From positions 448,001 through 512,000 of the forward strand of contig CAWGVS010000006.1 of NCBI GenBank assembly GCA_963826115.1: a DNA stretch of 64,000 nucleotides, written 5' to 3'. Made by a program: the position numbers and the translations under genes. The notes under the pieces are model-generated. The model ran no database searches and was not told where the DNA came from. It saw only the letters and a list, made by a program, of their open reading frames with translations. Source of the DNA: an uncultured Candidatus Rokubacteria bacterium (GTDB lineage: Bacteria; Methylomirabilota; Methylomirabilia; Rokubacteriales; DASRDR01). Of the stretch, positions 54,897 to 64,000 are shown one piece after another. The first letter of the stretch is position 1; each line of letters starts with the position of its first letter.

Positions 54897-57800
54897 ATGG
54901 ACACGGAGCTCGCCGCCGCCCCCACGCTCACCCTCGACGACCGCTACCTCCGTGAGGAGGGGCACGTCTACCTCTCCGGCATGCACGCCCTCGTCCGTCT
55001 GCCAATCGACCAGAGCCGGCGGGACCGCCGGGCCGGGCTCCGCATCGGCACGTTCATCAGCGGCTTCCCGGGCTCGCCGCTCGGCGGCTACGACCTCGCG
55101 CTCCGCCAGGCCCGCGCGATCCTCGAGCCGCACGACGTCCGCCACGTGCCGGGCGCGAACGAGGAGCTTGCCGCCACCGCGCTCTCCGGCACCCAGATGC
55201 TCGACCGCTACCCGCACTCCCGCTACGACGGGGTCGTGGGCCTCTGGTACGGGAAGGGGCCCGGGGTCGACCGGAGCGGGGACGCGCTCAAGCACGGCAA
55301 CTTCGCGGGGACGAGCCGGCACGGCGCGGTCGTGGTCCTGTCCGGCGACGACCACGAGGCCAAGAGCTCCACGATGCCGTATCAGGACGACTACGCCTTC
55401 GTGGGGCACGGGATGCCGATCCTCTATCCGGCCACGACGGGGGAGTTCCTCACGCTCGGGCTCCACGCGATCGCGCTCTCGCGCTTCTCGGGCTGCTGGG
55501 TGGCGATGAAGCTCGTGGGCCAGCTCGCCGACGGCGGCGAGACCGTGCGCGTGTCGCCCGACGAGCCGGGCATCGTGACGCCGGAGCTCCTCCTCGACGG
55601 GAAGCCCTTCCGGAAGTCGACGGACTTCACGTTCTTCCCCGGCCTCAACATCGAGACCGAGCGCCAGCTCTACTACGAGCGCCACCGGGCCGTGCTCGCC
55701 TACGCGCGCGCGAACAGCCTCACCCGGTCGGAGGTCGGCGCCCGCGGCGACCGGGTCGGCCTGGTGACGGCGGGGAAGTCGTACGGCGACCTCCGTCAGG
55801 CGCTGGTCGACCTCGGCCTCGACGACGGCGCGCTCCGCCGCCTCGGCGTGCGCCTCCTCCGGGTGGGGCTGATCTACCCGCTGGATCCCGAGGCGATCCG
55901 CGGGTTCGCCCGTGGCCTCGAGGAGATCGTGGTGGTGGAGGAGAAGCGGGGGTTCCTCGAGGCGCAGGTGAAGGAAGCGCTCGCGGGGCTCGGACAGAGC
56001 GTCCGGGTGCTGGGCAAGAGCGACGAGGCCGGCGCGCCGCTGTTTCCGATCCAGGGCGGGATGGACTCCGACGCAGTGGCCGAGCGGCTCGGTCCCCGTC
56101 TCCTCGTCCTCGCCGCGCGCCAACCCGATCTCGGGGCCGGGATCCGCCGGCGGCTCGAGGCGATCCGGGCGCTCCGCGCGCGTCCCCACGAGGCGCACCC
56201 GGGGCGGACGCCGAACTACTGCTCCGGGTGTCCCCACAACGTCGGCACGCGGCTCCTGCCCGGCGAGCTGGCGTGGGGGAGTCCCGGCTGCCACTCGTTC
56301 GCGTCGATCATCGAGCAGCCCGAGCGGCACATCGTGTCCATGACCCAGCTGGGGGGCGAGGGCCTCCCGTGGATCGGGCTCGAGCCGTACACCGACCGGC
56401 CGCACATCGTCCAGAACGTCGGGGACGGGTCGCTCTTCCACTCGTCGTTCCTGAACATCCGGTTCTGCGTGGCGGCCGGCGCCAACATGACCTTCAAGAT
56501 CCTCTACAACGGGTTCGTCGCGAACACCGGCGCCCAGGAGATGGTCGGCGGGAAGCCCGTGCCCGAGCTCACGCGGATGCTGGAGCTGGAGGGTGTGCGG
56601 ACGACGGTGGTCCTGACCAAGGACCCCGACGTGTACCGGGGCACCGGCCTCGCCGGCAACGCACGGGTCGAGCCCGTCGAACGTCAGGACGAGGTGCTGC
56701 GCGAGCTCGCCGCGACCCGGGGCGTGACCGTGCTCATCCACGACGGGATCTGCGCCAACGAGCGCCGGCGCCGGCAGAAGCGGGGGCTGCTGCCGGTGGC
56801 GAGCCGCTTCGTCGTGATCAACGAGGAGGTCTGCGAGGGCTGCGGGCACTGCGGCGCCCTGACGAACTGCATGTCGCTCCACCGCGTCGAGACGGAGCTC
56901 GGCCCCAAGACGCGGGTCCACGCCTCGTCCTGCAACCAGGACCTCTCGTGCCTCGGCGGCGACTGCCCGTCGTTCGTGACCGTCGACACCGAACCGGGGA
57001 CGGGCTACCGGCGGCCATCTCCACCCGAGCTCTCCGCCGACACGGTGCCGGAGCCGGCCGCGCGCGTCGGGCTCGATCGGCCGTACCACGTCTATCTCCC
57101 GGGGGTCGGGGGGACGGGCGTGATCACCATGAACGCGCTCCTCAGCTGGGCCGCGCTGATCGACGGCGTGCACGCCTCGAGCTATGACCAGACGGGCGCG
57201 GCTCAGAAGTGGGGGCCGGTGCTGTCGAGCCTGATCCTTGCCGCGCCGGACCAGACGGTGGCCGCGAACAAGGTGGGGCTCGGACAGGCCGACCTCTACC
57301 TGGCGCTCGACCTCCTGGCGGCGGGGACCCGCGCCAACCTCGACCGCTGCGACCCCGCGCGGACGGTGGCGGTCCTGAACGCGTCGGTGCTGCCGAGCGG
57401 CGAGATGGTGCGCGACGTGACGTTCACGCCGCCGGTCGACGCGATCCGCGCCCAGATCGAGCGCGTCACGCGGCCTGGCGCCGCCGTCTCCGTGGATGCG
57501 CGCCGGCTGTCGGAGACGCTATTCGGCGACTACATGGCGACCAACATGCTGGTCCTCGGGGTCGCCTACCAGGCCGGGCTCCTACCGCTCACGCGGGCCG
57601 CCATCGAGGAGGCCGTGCGCCTGAACGGCGTCGCGGTGGCGCAGAATCTCCAGGCCTTCCGCTACGGCCGGCTCTGGGTGGCCGATCCGGACCGAGTCCG
57701 GGCGCTCGTCGACCCGCCGGCGCGGACGTTCGAGACGGAGCGGGCCGCGACCCTCGAGCGGCTCGGCGGCCGCGACGCGAGCGCCTACGTGTCGCTCCTG

Positions 57801-58442
57801 GACCGCTGCGCGCACCTCGACCCCGAGGCGCGGCGGATGCTCGCCTACCGCGTCGGCGAGCTGGTCGACTACCAGGACGCCGGCTACGCCGCGCCCTACG
57901 TGGAGTTCGTCCTCGAGGTGGCGGCGCGCGAGGCGGCGCTCTCGCCCGGCCGGACCGAGGTGACGCACGCTGTCGTCCGCCACCTCTACAAGCTCATGGC
58001 GTACAAGGACGAGTACGAGGTGGCGCGCCTCCACCTGAAAGCGGCGTTCGCCGCGGGGACGCGCGGGCTCTTCGCCGCGCCGCGCCGGCTCTCCTGGCAC
58101 CTCCACCCGCCGCTGCTCCGCGCGCTCGGGCTCAAGCGGAAGCTGCGCCTCGGGCCGTGGTTCCGGCACGCGCTCCGGGCGCTCCGCGCGCTGCGGCGCC
58201 TCCGGGGAACCCGATACGACCCCTTCGGCTACGCGCGCGTCCGAAGGGAGGAGCGGCGGCTCGTGCCCTGGTACCGCGGCCTGGTGATGGACGCGCTCCA
58301 GGCGGGCGACGCGGACGCCCACGCGACCGCTCTCGAGCTGGCGCGCCTGCCGGAAGCGATCCGCGGCTACGAGGACATCAAGCTCCGCGCCATCGCCGAG
58401 GCGGAGGCCCGGGCCGCCGCGCTCACCGGCGCCCCGCGCTGA
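54897..58442 (+). CDS. Indolepyruvate:ferredoxin oxidoreductase family protein (single-chain fused type)
   Basis: LDDRY, SG.PGSPLGG, NEELAATA, WYGKGPGVDR, YCSGCPHN, GDG, CEGCGHC..NC, SCNQD.SC..GDCPSF, GVGGTG, MAYKDEYEVARL, IRGY. Confidence 0.92.
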   Translation: MDTELAAAPTLTLDDRYLREEGHVYLSGMHALVRLPIDQSRRDRRAGLRIGTFISGFPGSPLGGYDLALRQARAILEPHDVRHVPGANEELAATALSGTQMLDRYPHSRYDGVVGLWYGKGPGVDRSGDALKHGNFAGTSRHGAVVVLSGDDHEAKSSTMPYQDDYAFVGHGMPILYPATTGEFLTLGLHAIALSRFSGCWVAMKLVGQLADGGETVRVSPDEPGIVTPELLLDGKPFRKSTDFTFFPGLNIETERQLYYERHRAVLAYARANSLTRSEVGARGDRVGLVTAGKSYGDLRQALVDLGLDDGALRRLGVRLLRVGLIYPLDPEAIRGFARGLEEIVVVEEKRGFLEAQVKEALAGLGQSVRVLGKSDEAGAPLFPIQGGMDSDAVAERLGPRLLVLAARQPDLGAGIRRRLEAIRALRARPHEAHPGRTPNYCSGCPHNVGTRLLPGELAWGSPGCHSFASIIEQPERHIVSMTQLGGEGLPWIGLEPYTDRPHIVQNVGDGSLFHSSFLNIRFCVAAGANMTFKILYNGFVANTGAQEMVGGKPVPELTRMLELEGVRTTVVLTKDPDVYRGTGLAGNARVEPVERQDEVLRELAATRGVTVLIHDGICANERRRRQKRGLLPVASRFVVINEEVCEGCGHCGALTNCMSLHRVETELGPKTRVHASSCNQDLSCLGGDCPSFVTVDTEPGTGYRRPSPPELSADTVPEPAARVGLDRPYHVYLPGVGGTGVITMNALLSWAALIDGVHASSYDQTGAAQKWGPVLSSLILAAPDQTVAANKVGLGQADLYLALDLLAAGTRANLDRCDPARTVAVLNASVLPSGEMVRDVTFTPPVDAIRAQIERVTRPGAAVSVDARRLSETLFGDYMATNMLVLGVAYQAGLLPLTRAAIEEAVRLNGVAVAQNLQAFRYGRLWVADPDRVRALVDPPARTFETERAATLERLGGRDASAYVSLLDRCAHLDPEARRMLAYRVGELVDYQDAGYAAPYVEFVLEVAAREAALSPGRTEVTHAVVRHLYKLMAYKDEYEVARLHLKAAFAAGTRGLFAAPRRLSWHLHPPLLRALGLKRKLRLGPWFRHALRALRALRRLRGTRYDPFGYARVRREERRLVPWYRGLVMDALQAGDADAHATALELARLPEAIRGYEDIKLRAIAEAEARAAALTGAPR

Positions 58443-60627
58443 CCGTCGCGCCGGCGCGCGCGGTGGGCGCTCCGCGGGCCGATGGCCCCTCGCAGGGGGC
58501 GCCGGGGGACTCCAGCGCCCCGGAGGGGGCCGCGCGGACCAGCGCCAGCCCATCCACCCAGAGCGTCCCGGCGCCCGTCGAGCGGATCCGCGCCTCGATC
58601 TCGCGGCCGTCCTCCGGCGTGACCGTGAGCACGAAGTCCCGGTACTCGGCGGGATCGAGCGCGCCCGGCTCGAGCGGGCGCTCGGCCAGCACACGCGTGC
58701 CCTGGTCGGCGACGATCTCGATCGAGCCTGGCGAGCGACCGCGGCTGGGGGCGTCGCCCCGCAGGCGGGCGACCAGCTCGTGCGGGCGAGGGCAGCCGGC
58801 GACGTACCATCCGTAGACCACGAAGCCGGCCTGCCCGCTCGGTGCCCGCACGGCGCGGCCCTGGCGGCTCCTCACGTCGCCGCGGACGGTTCCCACCTGG
58901 CGCAGCAGGCTGACGGCGTCCCGCACGTCGCCCAGAATCCAGCGGGCCAGCGAGCGGTTCGCGGCCCGGTCGCCGCCCCGTCGGAAGAGCGCGATGTCCT
59001 CCGTGTAGGAGACCACGGCGTACGGGCTGTCCGTGAGGAGGTGCGCGAGCTCGGGGGACGGGCGGGGGCGGTCGATCAGAAGGAAGGGGTCGCTCAGAGG
59101 AACGTTCCAGTTGGTGCACCAGAGGTCCGGCGAGCCGCCCACCGACCGCAGCGACACGTATTCCCACGTGCATCCCGGGCGCCGCCCGACGTAACGGTGG
59201 GTCGAGAGGTGGTGGCTGCCGGCGAGTGATGCCGTTCGCGGCACCGCGCCGAGCGTGGCCCAGAGCGCGCGACTGTGCGGGGTGGGCCAGTAGTCCGACC
59301 ACGTGAAGGAGCGGGTGAGCGGGGAGTACCCGAGCATCGCGTGCAGCGCGAGCGCCGTCGCGGGCACCGCCAGCACGGCGGCCAGCCGGAACCGCGGGCC
59401 GGCCGCCAGGCGTCCGTCGAGGGCGCGCGCGCCGTCGATCGCCATCACCCCCGCGACGGCGATCGCCGGGTACGCGTGATGGTACGCGAGCATCGCGGGA
59501 TAGAGCGCGGTCATGAGCTGGGGGGCGAAGCCGAGGAGGAGCACCCAGGACGCGCCGGCCGCCAGGGGCAGGACGCCGAACGACGCGAGGAGTCCGAGGA
59601 TGGCGGGGATGGAGGACTCGAGGACGTGCGTCAGGACCCGACCGGGCGTGGCAGGATCCGCGAGCGCCGCGGAGAGAGACGGGCCGAGCCAGGTGTACAT
59701 GCGCCACGGCGGACGCGTCGCGTACACGACGGTGAACCCGGGCATCACGACCTTCAGGAGCACGACCATCCACACTCCCGAGAGAACCAGCGCCGTCCCC
59801 GCGAGTCTGCGCCAACCAACCGTCCACCATGCGTAGACGGCCAGTACCCCGGTGATGAATCCGGCGTCCTCCCGACTCATCGCGATCAGGATCAGGGCCA
59901 TGGCGAAGCCGACCGGCCGCTCCCGGTGCACGCAGATGGCGGCGGCCACGATGAGGAATGCCAGGAACGGCGCGTTGCCCAATTCTGCGGATAGGGCCCA
60001 ATCCTTACTCGGCACCAACAGGACCGCGGTGGTGATGGCCAGCGGCCACGGCCCGGGCCCGAGGCGCAGCGATGCCAGTCGATGAACGGCGGTGGCCATG
60101 ATTCCATATCCGGCGATCTGGATCAGTAGGAGCACGCGTGGATCCGGCCAGACCCTCCACGCCGGGAGCCACAGAAGCGTCTGGAGCGCCCAGTGGTGAG
60201 CCAGGTACGACTCGGTGAGCTTCGGATTCCCCTGAACCCAGTGGATGAACTGGCCGCGAAATGAGCCCTGGACGAGGTCGACGAAGAGCTTGAGGTCCGA
60301 GGAGTAGTGGCGGAACGTCAGGTAGCCGAGACAGGCCATCGCGACCTGAACCGCGAAGAAGACCGCCAGCAGCCCCGCGACCGCGCCGCGCCGCTCCCGG
60401 GCCGCGAGCCACCGCTCGACCCAGGCGCGTGGCGCCAGCCCGGCGAGCGCGCTCGCGGCGAGGAGGCCGATCAGCCACGGGAGCAGCGGGCCAGGGCGCT
60501 TCGGATCGAGAGGCACGAGGATCCACCCCACGGCGACCACGGAAGCCGCGGTGAGCGCGAGGCCGATCGTGCCGCCCGGGGCCGCGGACCACGTGGCCCG
60601 AGCGCGTGCTCCGAGAGACTGGGCCAT
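58423..60627 (-). CDS. DUF2079-like multi-pass membrane protein (predicted GT-C) with soluble C-terminal domain
   Basis: DL.LF..Q..G, SYLAHH, DPRVLLLIQ, SRED motifs; many TM segments; beta-rich tail (FVVYGWY..LWVDGL). Confidence 0.65.
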   Translation of the reverse strand: MAQSLGARARATWSAAPGGTIGLALTAASVVAVGWILVPLDPKRPGPLLPWLIGLLAASALAGLAPRAWVERWLAARERRGAVAGLLAVFFAVQVAMACLGYLTFRHYSSDLKLFVDLVQGSFRGQFIHWVQGNPKLTESYLAHHWALQTLLWLPAWRVWPDPRVLLLIQIAGYGIMATAVHRLASLRLGPGPWPLAITTAVLLVPSKDWALSAELGNAPFLAFLIVAAAICVHRERPVGFAMALILIAMSREDAGFITGVLAVYAWWTVGWRRLAGTALVLSGVWMVVLLKVVMPGFTVVYATRPPWRMYTWLGPSLSAALADPATPGRVLTHVLESSIPAILGLLASFGVLPLAAGASWVLLLGFAPQLMTALYPAMLAYHHAYPAIAVAGVMAIDGARALDGRLAAGPRFRLAAVLAVPATALALHAMLGYSPLTRSFTWSDYWPTPHSRALWATLGAVPRTASLAGSHHLSTHRYVGRRPGCTWEYVSLRSVGGSPDLWCTNWNVPLSDPFLLIDRPRPSPELAHLLTDSPYAVVSYTEDIALFRRGGDRAANRSLARWILGDVRDAVSLLRQVGTVRGDVRSRQGRAVRAPSGQAGFVVYGWYVAGCPRPHELVARLRGDAPSRGRSPGSIEIVADQGTRVLAERPLEPGALDPAEYRDFVLTVTPEDGREIEARIRSTGAGTLWVDGLALVRAAPSGALESPGAPCEGPSARGAPTARAGATVSAGRR

Positions 60628-60720
60628 GGGTTGCCGCCGAGTCTAGCAGACGGCCGACGCGCGCTGAAGCGATCGCCGGCCTCCGCGAGTGTTCACGCGG
60701 GTTTACGCGGTCTCTCGGTC

Positions 60721-60749
60721 TTGACACTCTGCGTCGAGGGCAGTAGCAT
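60721..60749 (+). promoter_or_regulatory. sigma70 promoter of the acn-icd genes
   Basis: TTGACA-N17-TAGCAT. Confidence 0.7.
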
Positions 60750-60815
60750 GAGGGCGCGGTCGAGAGCGCCTCCAGTCCACCAGGGCGGGAGGCGATTACT
60801 TTGGGGAGCCCTGCC

Positions 60816-63059
60816 ATGATCGACGCGATCCGCGCCCTCTACGCCTCGATGCCGGAGCGCCTCACCCGGGCCCGCCGCGAGTGGAACCGGCCGCTCACCC
60901 TCAGCGAGAAGATCCTGGTGGGCCACGTCCACGACTGGAGCGCCCAGACCTGGGAGCGGGGCAAGGCCACGCTCCGGCTCCGGGTCGATCGGGTTGCGAT
61001 GCAGGACGCGACGGGGCAGATGGCCCTCCTCCAGTTCATGCAGGCGGGCAAGGCTCGGGTCGCGGTGCCCTCCACGATGCACTGCGACCATCTGATCCGC
61101 GCCCAGACGGGCGCCTCCGACGACATGCGCCGCGCCGTCACGGAGAACAACGAGGTCTACGAGTTCCTCCACTCGGCCTCGAAGAAGTACGGCATCGGGT
61201 TCTGGAAGCCGGGGGCGGGGATCATCCACCAGGTGGTCCTCGAGAACTACGCGTTCCCGGGCGGTCTCATGATCGGCGCCGACTCGCACACGCCGAACGG
61301 CGGGGGTCTCGGCATGCTGGCCATCGGGGTCGGCGGCGTGGACTGCGGCGAGGTCATGGCGGGCCTCCCGTGGGAGGTGCTCCACCCGAAGGTCATCGGC
61401 GTGCACCTCACCGGCAAGCTGTCGGGATGGACCTCGCCGAAGGACGTCATCACCTCCCTCTGCGGCATCCTCACCGTGAAGGGCGGGACGAACAAGATCG
61501 TCGAGTACTTCGGCCCGGGCGCCGAGTCCATCAGCGCGACGGGCAAGGGCACGATCTGCAACATGGGGGCGGAGCTCGGCGCCACCACGTCGGTCTTCCC
61601 CTTCGACGAGCGGATGGCCGTGTACCTCGAGGCGACGGACCGGAGCGACATCGCCCGCCTCGCCGCCGACCACCGCGCGCTCCTGGTGCCCGATCCGGAG
61701 GTTCTCCGCAACCCGAAGGACTACTACGACGAGATCGTCGAGATCGACCTCTCGACGCTCCAGCCCCACATCGTGGGCCCCCACTCGCCGGACCGCGACC
61801 GGCCGGTGTCGAATCTCGCCGCCGAGGTCAAGGCCAACAACTGGCCGGCCGGCATCAAGGCCGCCCTGATCGGCTCGTGCACCAACTCCTCGTACGAGGA
61901 CATGCGGCGCGCCGCGCACGTCGCGATGCAGGGGATCAAGGCCGGCCTCAAGGCGCGGACGCCGTTCCTCATCACGCCGGGGTCCGAGCGCATCCACCAG
62001 ACGATCAAGCGCGACGGGATCATGGCCACCTTCGAGCGGATGGGCGGGACCGTCCTGGCGAACGCGTGCGGCCCCTGCATCGGCCAGTGGAAGCGGTCCG
62101 ACGTCGGCAAGGACGAGGCGAACACCATCGTCTCCTCCTTCAACCGCAACTTCCCCGGGCGGAACGACGGCAGCCAGGCGACGCTCTCGTTCCTCGCGAG
62201 CCCGGAGATCGTGACCGCGCTGGCGTTCGCCGGCACCCTCGAGTTCGACCCGGTCCACGGGACCCTCACGACGCCCGACGGGAAGGCCTTCCGCTTCACC
62301 CCGCCGGAAGGCGAGGAGCTCCCGCGGGAGGGCTTCGCCCGGGGCGAGGAGGGCTACGAGGCGCCCGCGGCGGACGGTGGGGCCGTGCAGGTGATCGTGC
62401 GGCCGGACAGCGAGCGGCTCCAGCTCCTCCAGCCCTTCCCGCGGTGGGACGGCCAGGACTTCGACCGCCTGCCGATCCTCGTCAAGACGAAGGGCAAGAC
62501 CACGACCGACCACATCTCCCCGGCGGGCGCGTGGCTCCGCTTCCGGGGCCACCTCGACAGGATCAGCGACAACATGTTCCTGGGCGCGCTGAATGCCTTC
62601 ACCGGGGAGACCGGGAAGGGCACGAACGTGCTGACCGGCGAGACCGGCGTGACGCTCACGAAGATCGCGCGGGACTGGAAGGCCAAGGGCGCCCCGTGGG
62701 TCGTGGTCGGCGACGAGAACTACGGCGAGGGATCGAGCCGGGAGCACGCGGCCATGTCGCCTCGCTACCTCGGGGCGCGGATGGTGCTGGTCAAGAGCTT
62801 CGCCCGCATCCACGAGACGAACCTGAAGAAGCAGGGGATCCTGCCCCTGACGTTCGCGAACCCCAAGGACTACGACCTGTTCGAGCAGGCGGACCGCGTG
62901 AGCGTGGTGGGCCTCCAGGCCCTCGCGCCAGGCCGGCCCGTCGAGGTCCGGATCCACAAGCCGGACAGCCGGACCGTCACGATCCAGACCCGCCACAGCC
63001 TGACCGAGGAGCACATCGGCTGGTTCCGCGCCGGATCGGCGCTGAACGCGCTCTCGTAG
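60816..63059 (+). CDS. acnA: Aconitate hydratase (mitochondrial-like type)
   Basis: RPLTLSEKIL, DRVAMQDATGQMA, HCDHLI, GIIHQ, DSHT, IGSCTNSS, ANACGPCIG, NRNF, TTDHISPAG, GEGSSREHAA. Confidence 0.93.
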   Translation: MIDAIRALYASMPERLTRARREWNRPLTLSEKILVGHVHDWSAQTWERGKATLRLRVDRVAMQDATGQMALLQFMQAGKARVAVPSTMHCDHLIRAQTGASDDMRRAVTENNEVYEFLHSASKKYGIGFWKPGAGIIHQVVLENYAFPGGLMIGADSHTPNGGGLGMLAIGVGGVDCGEVMAGLPWEVLHPKVIGVHLTGKLSGWTSPKDVITSLCGILTVKGGTNKIVEYFGPGAESISATGKGTICNMGAELGATTSVFPFDERMAVYLEATDRSDIARLAADHRALLVPDPEVLRNPKDYYDEIVEIDLSTLQPHIVGPHSPDRDRPVSNLAAEVKANNWPAGIKAALIGSCTNSSYEDMRRAAHVAMQGIKAGLKARTPFLITPGSERIHQTIKRDGIMATFERMGGTVLANACGPCIGQWKRSDVGKDEANTIVSSFNRNFPGRNDGSQATLSFLASPEIVTALAFAGTLEFDPVHGTLTTPDGKAFRFTPPEGEELPREGFARGEEGYEAPAADGGAVQVIVRPDSERLQLLQPFPRWDGQDFDRLPILVKTKGKTTTDHISPAGAWLRFRGHLDRISDNMFLGALNAFTGETGKGTNVLTGETGVTLTKIARDWKAKGAPWVVVGDENYGEGSSREHAAMSPRYLGARMVLVKSFARIHETNLKKQGILPLTFANPKDYDLFEQADRVSVVGLQALAPGRPVEVRIHKPDSRTVTIQTRHSLTEEHIGWFRAGSALNALS

Positions 63060-63119
63060 GCTCGTCGGGGCGGCCCCTACCCGGACGGTGCGGGCAGCCC
63101 CGTGCCCTGAGGAGGCAGC

Positions 63120-64000
63120 ATGCGTCGCGTGAAGATCCCCGCCGGCGAGAAGATCTCCCTCTCCCACGGGAAGCTGCAGGTCCCCGACCACCCGATCGTG
63201 CCCTTCATCGAGGGCGACGGCACCGGCCCCGACATCTGGCACGCCTCGGTGCGGGTGCTGGACGCCGCGGTGGAGCAGACCTACGGCGGCAAGCGGAAGA
63301 TCGCGTGGACGGAGGTGTACGCCGGCGAGAAGGCCCACACCGTCTACGGGGCGGACTGCCCGCCGAACCTCCTGCCGTCCGAGACGCTCGACGTGATCCG
63401 GGAGTACCTGGTCGCGATCAAGGGGCCGCTCACCACCCCGGTGGGCGAGGGCTTCCGGAGCCTGAACGTCACGCTCCGCCAGGAGCTCGATCTCTACGTC
63501 TGCCTCCGCCCGGTCAAGTACTTCCGCGGCGTGCCCTCGCCGGTCAAGCGGCCGGAGCTGGTCGACATGGTGATCTTCCGCGAGAACACGGAGGACATCT
63601 ACGCCGGCGTCGAGTGGCTCACCGGAACGCCGGAGTGCCAGAAGGTGGTCGACTTCCTGACCCGCGACATGGGCGTGAAGAAGATCCGGTTCCCGAAGAC
63701 GTCGTCGATCGGCATCAAGCCGATTTCGGTCGAGGGATCGGAGCGGCTCATCCGGGCGGCGATCCGCTACGCGATCGAGCAGAACCGGCGCAACGTGACC
63801 CTCGCGCACAAGGGCAACATCCAGAAGTTCACCGAGGGCATGTTCATGAAGTGGGGCTACGCGCTGGCCAAGCGCGAGTTCCCGGACCGCACGGTCTCGT
63901 GGGAGGAGTGCGGGGGGAAGCCCCCGGCCGGCAAGATCCTGATCAAGGACGCGATCACCGACGCCCTGCTCCAGCAGGTGCTCACCCGGCCCGACGAGTT
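63120..64000 (+). CDS. icd: NADP-dependent isocitrate dehydrogenase (partial, continues past window)
   Basis: Hand translation: [72 protein letters not shown]; GAGGAGG SD. Confidence 0.95.
   Translation, partial: MRRVKIPAGEKISLSHGKLQVPDHPIVPFIEGDGTGPDIWHASVRVLDAAVEQTYGGKRKIAWTEVYAGEKAHTVYGADCPPNLLPSETLDVIREYLVAIKGPLTTPVGEGFRSLNVTLRQELDLYVCLRPVKYFRGVPSPVKRPELVDMVIFRENTEDIYAGVEWLTGTPECQKVVDFLTRDMGVKKIRFPKTSSIGIKPISVEGSERLIRAAIRYAIEQNRRNVTLAHKGNIQKFTEGMFMKWGYALAKREFPDRTVSWEECGGKPPAGKILIKDAITDALLQQVLTRPDE

Noticed and set aside
53028-58442. 1804-aa ORF suggesting a giant TPP-IOR fusion
   Set aside because: The first 620 or so residues are an Arg/Pro-rich off-frame shadow of the TPP gene; IOR similarity starts at ATG 54897, which has its own promoter candidate.
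1-64000. CRISPR arrays, tRNA/rRNA genes, IS elements
   Set aside because: No regularly spaced repeats, cloverleaf or rRNA signatures, or transposase motifs seen; intergenic spaces are short. Read by eye only, so small ncRNAs could be missed.

Overview
Very GC-rich (about 70%+ by eye), gene-dense bacterial chromosomal segment. The gene content and style suggest a soil lineage such as Ca. Rokubacteria/Methylomirabilota (inference only). It holds about 50 CDSs: mixed catabolic enzymes (two LLM oxidoreductases, ALDH, GGT, IlvD/Edd dehydratase, peptidases, transaldolase, SthA, a TPP enzyme, a fused indolepyruvate:ferredoxin oxidoreductase), envelope genes (three GT-C-type membrane glycosyltransferases, rfbB, LemA/HtpX, ExeA/ExeB) and housekeeping genes (uvrA, an EF-G paralogue, aconitase, icd). 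I saw no rRNA, tRNA, CRISPR array, integrase or transposase. Best leads: (1) a leaderless Cys4 zinc-ribbon gene, a long bulged RNA hairpin and a clade-D beta-carbonic anhydrase behind a palindrome-covered promoter, a Com-like post-transcriptional switch candidate; (2) a ComB-less cluster of an HPrK-like P-loop protein, ComA, TauE, a fused 4Fe-4S/NrfD subunit and a Tat-less Mo enzyme, a candidate sulfite/sulfonate module; (3) two small exported proteins with sigma54-type promoters that share a 20-bp upstream palindrome; (4) repeated leaderless promoters and short ORFs that bridge genes by stop/start overlaps; (5) a degenerate ActP-like symporter with an inserted soluble domain. Several single-base indels suggest assembly errors, so fusions and frameshifts need read-level checks. 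All family calls come from motif recognition, not database searches.
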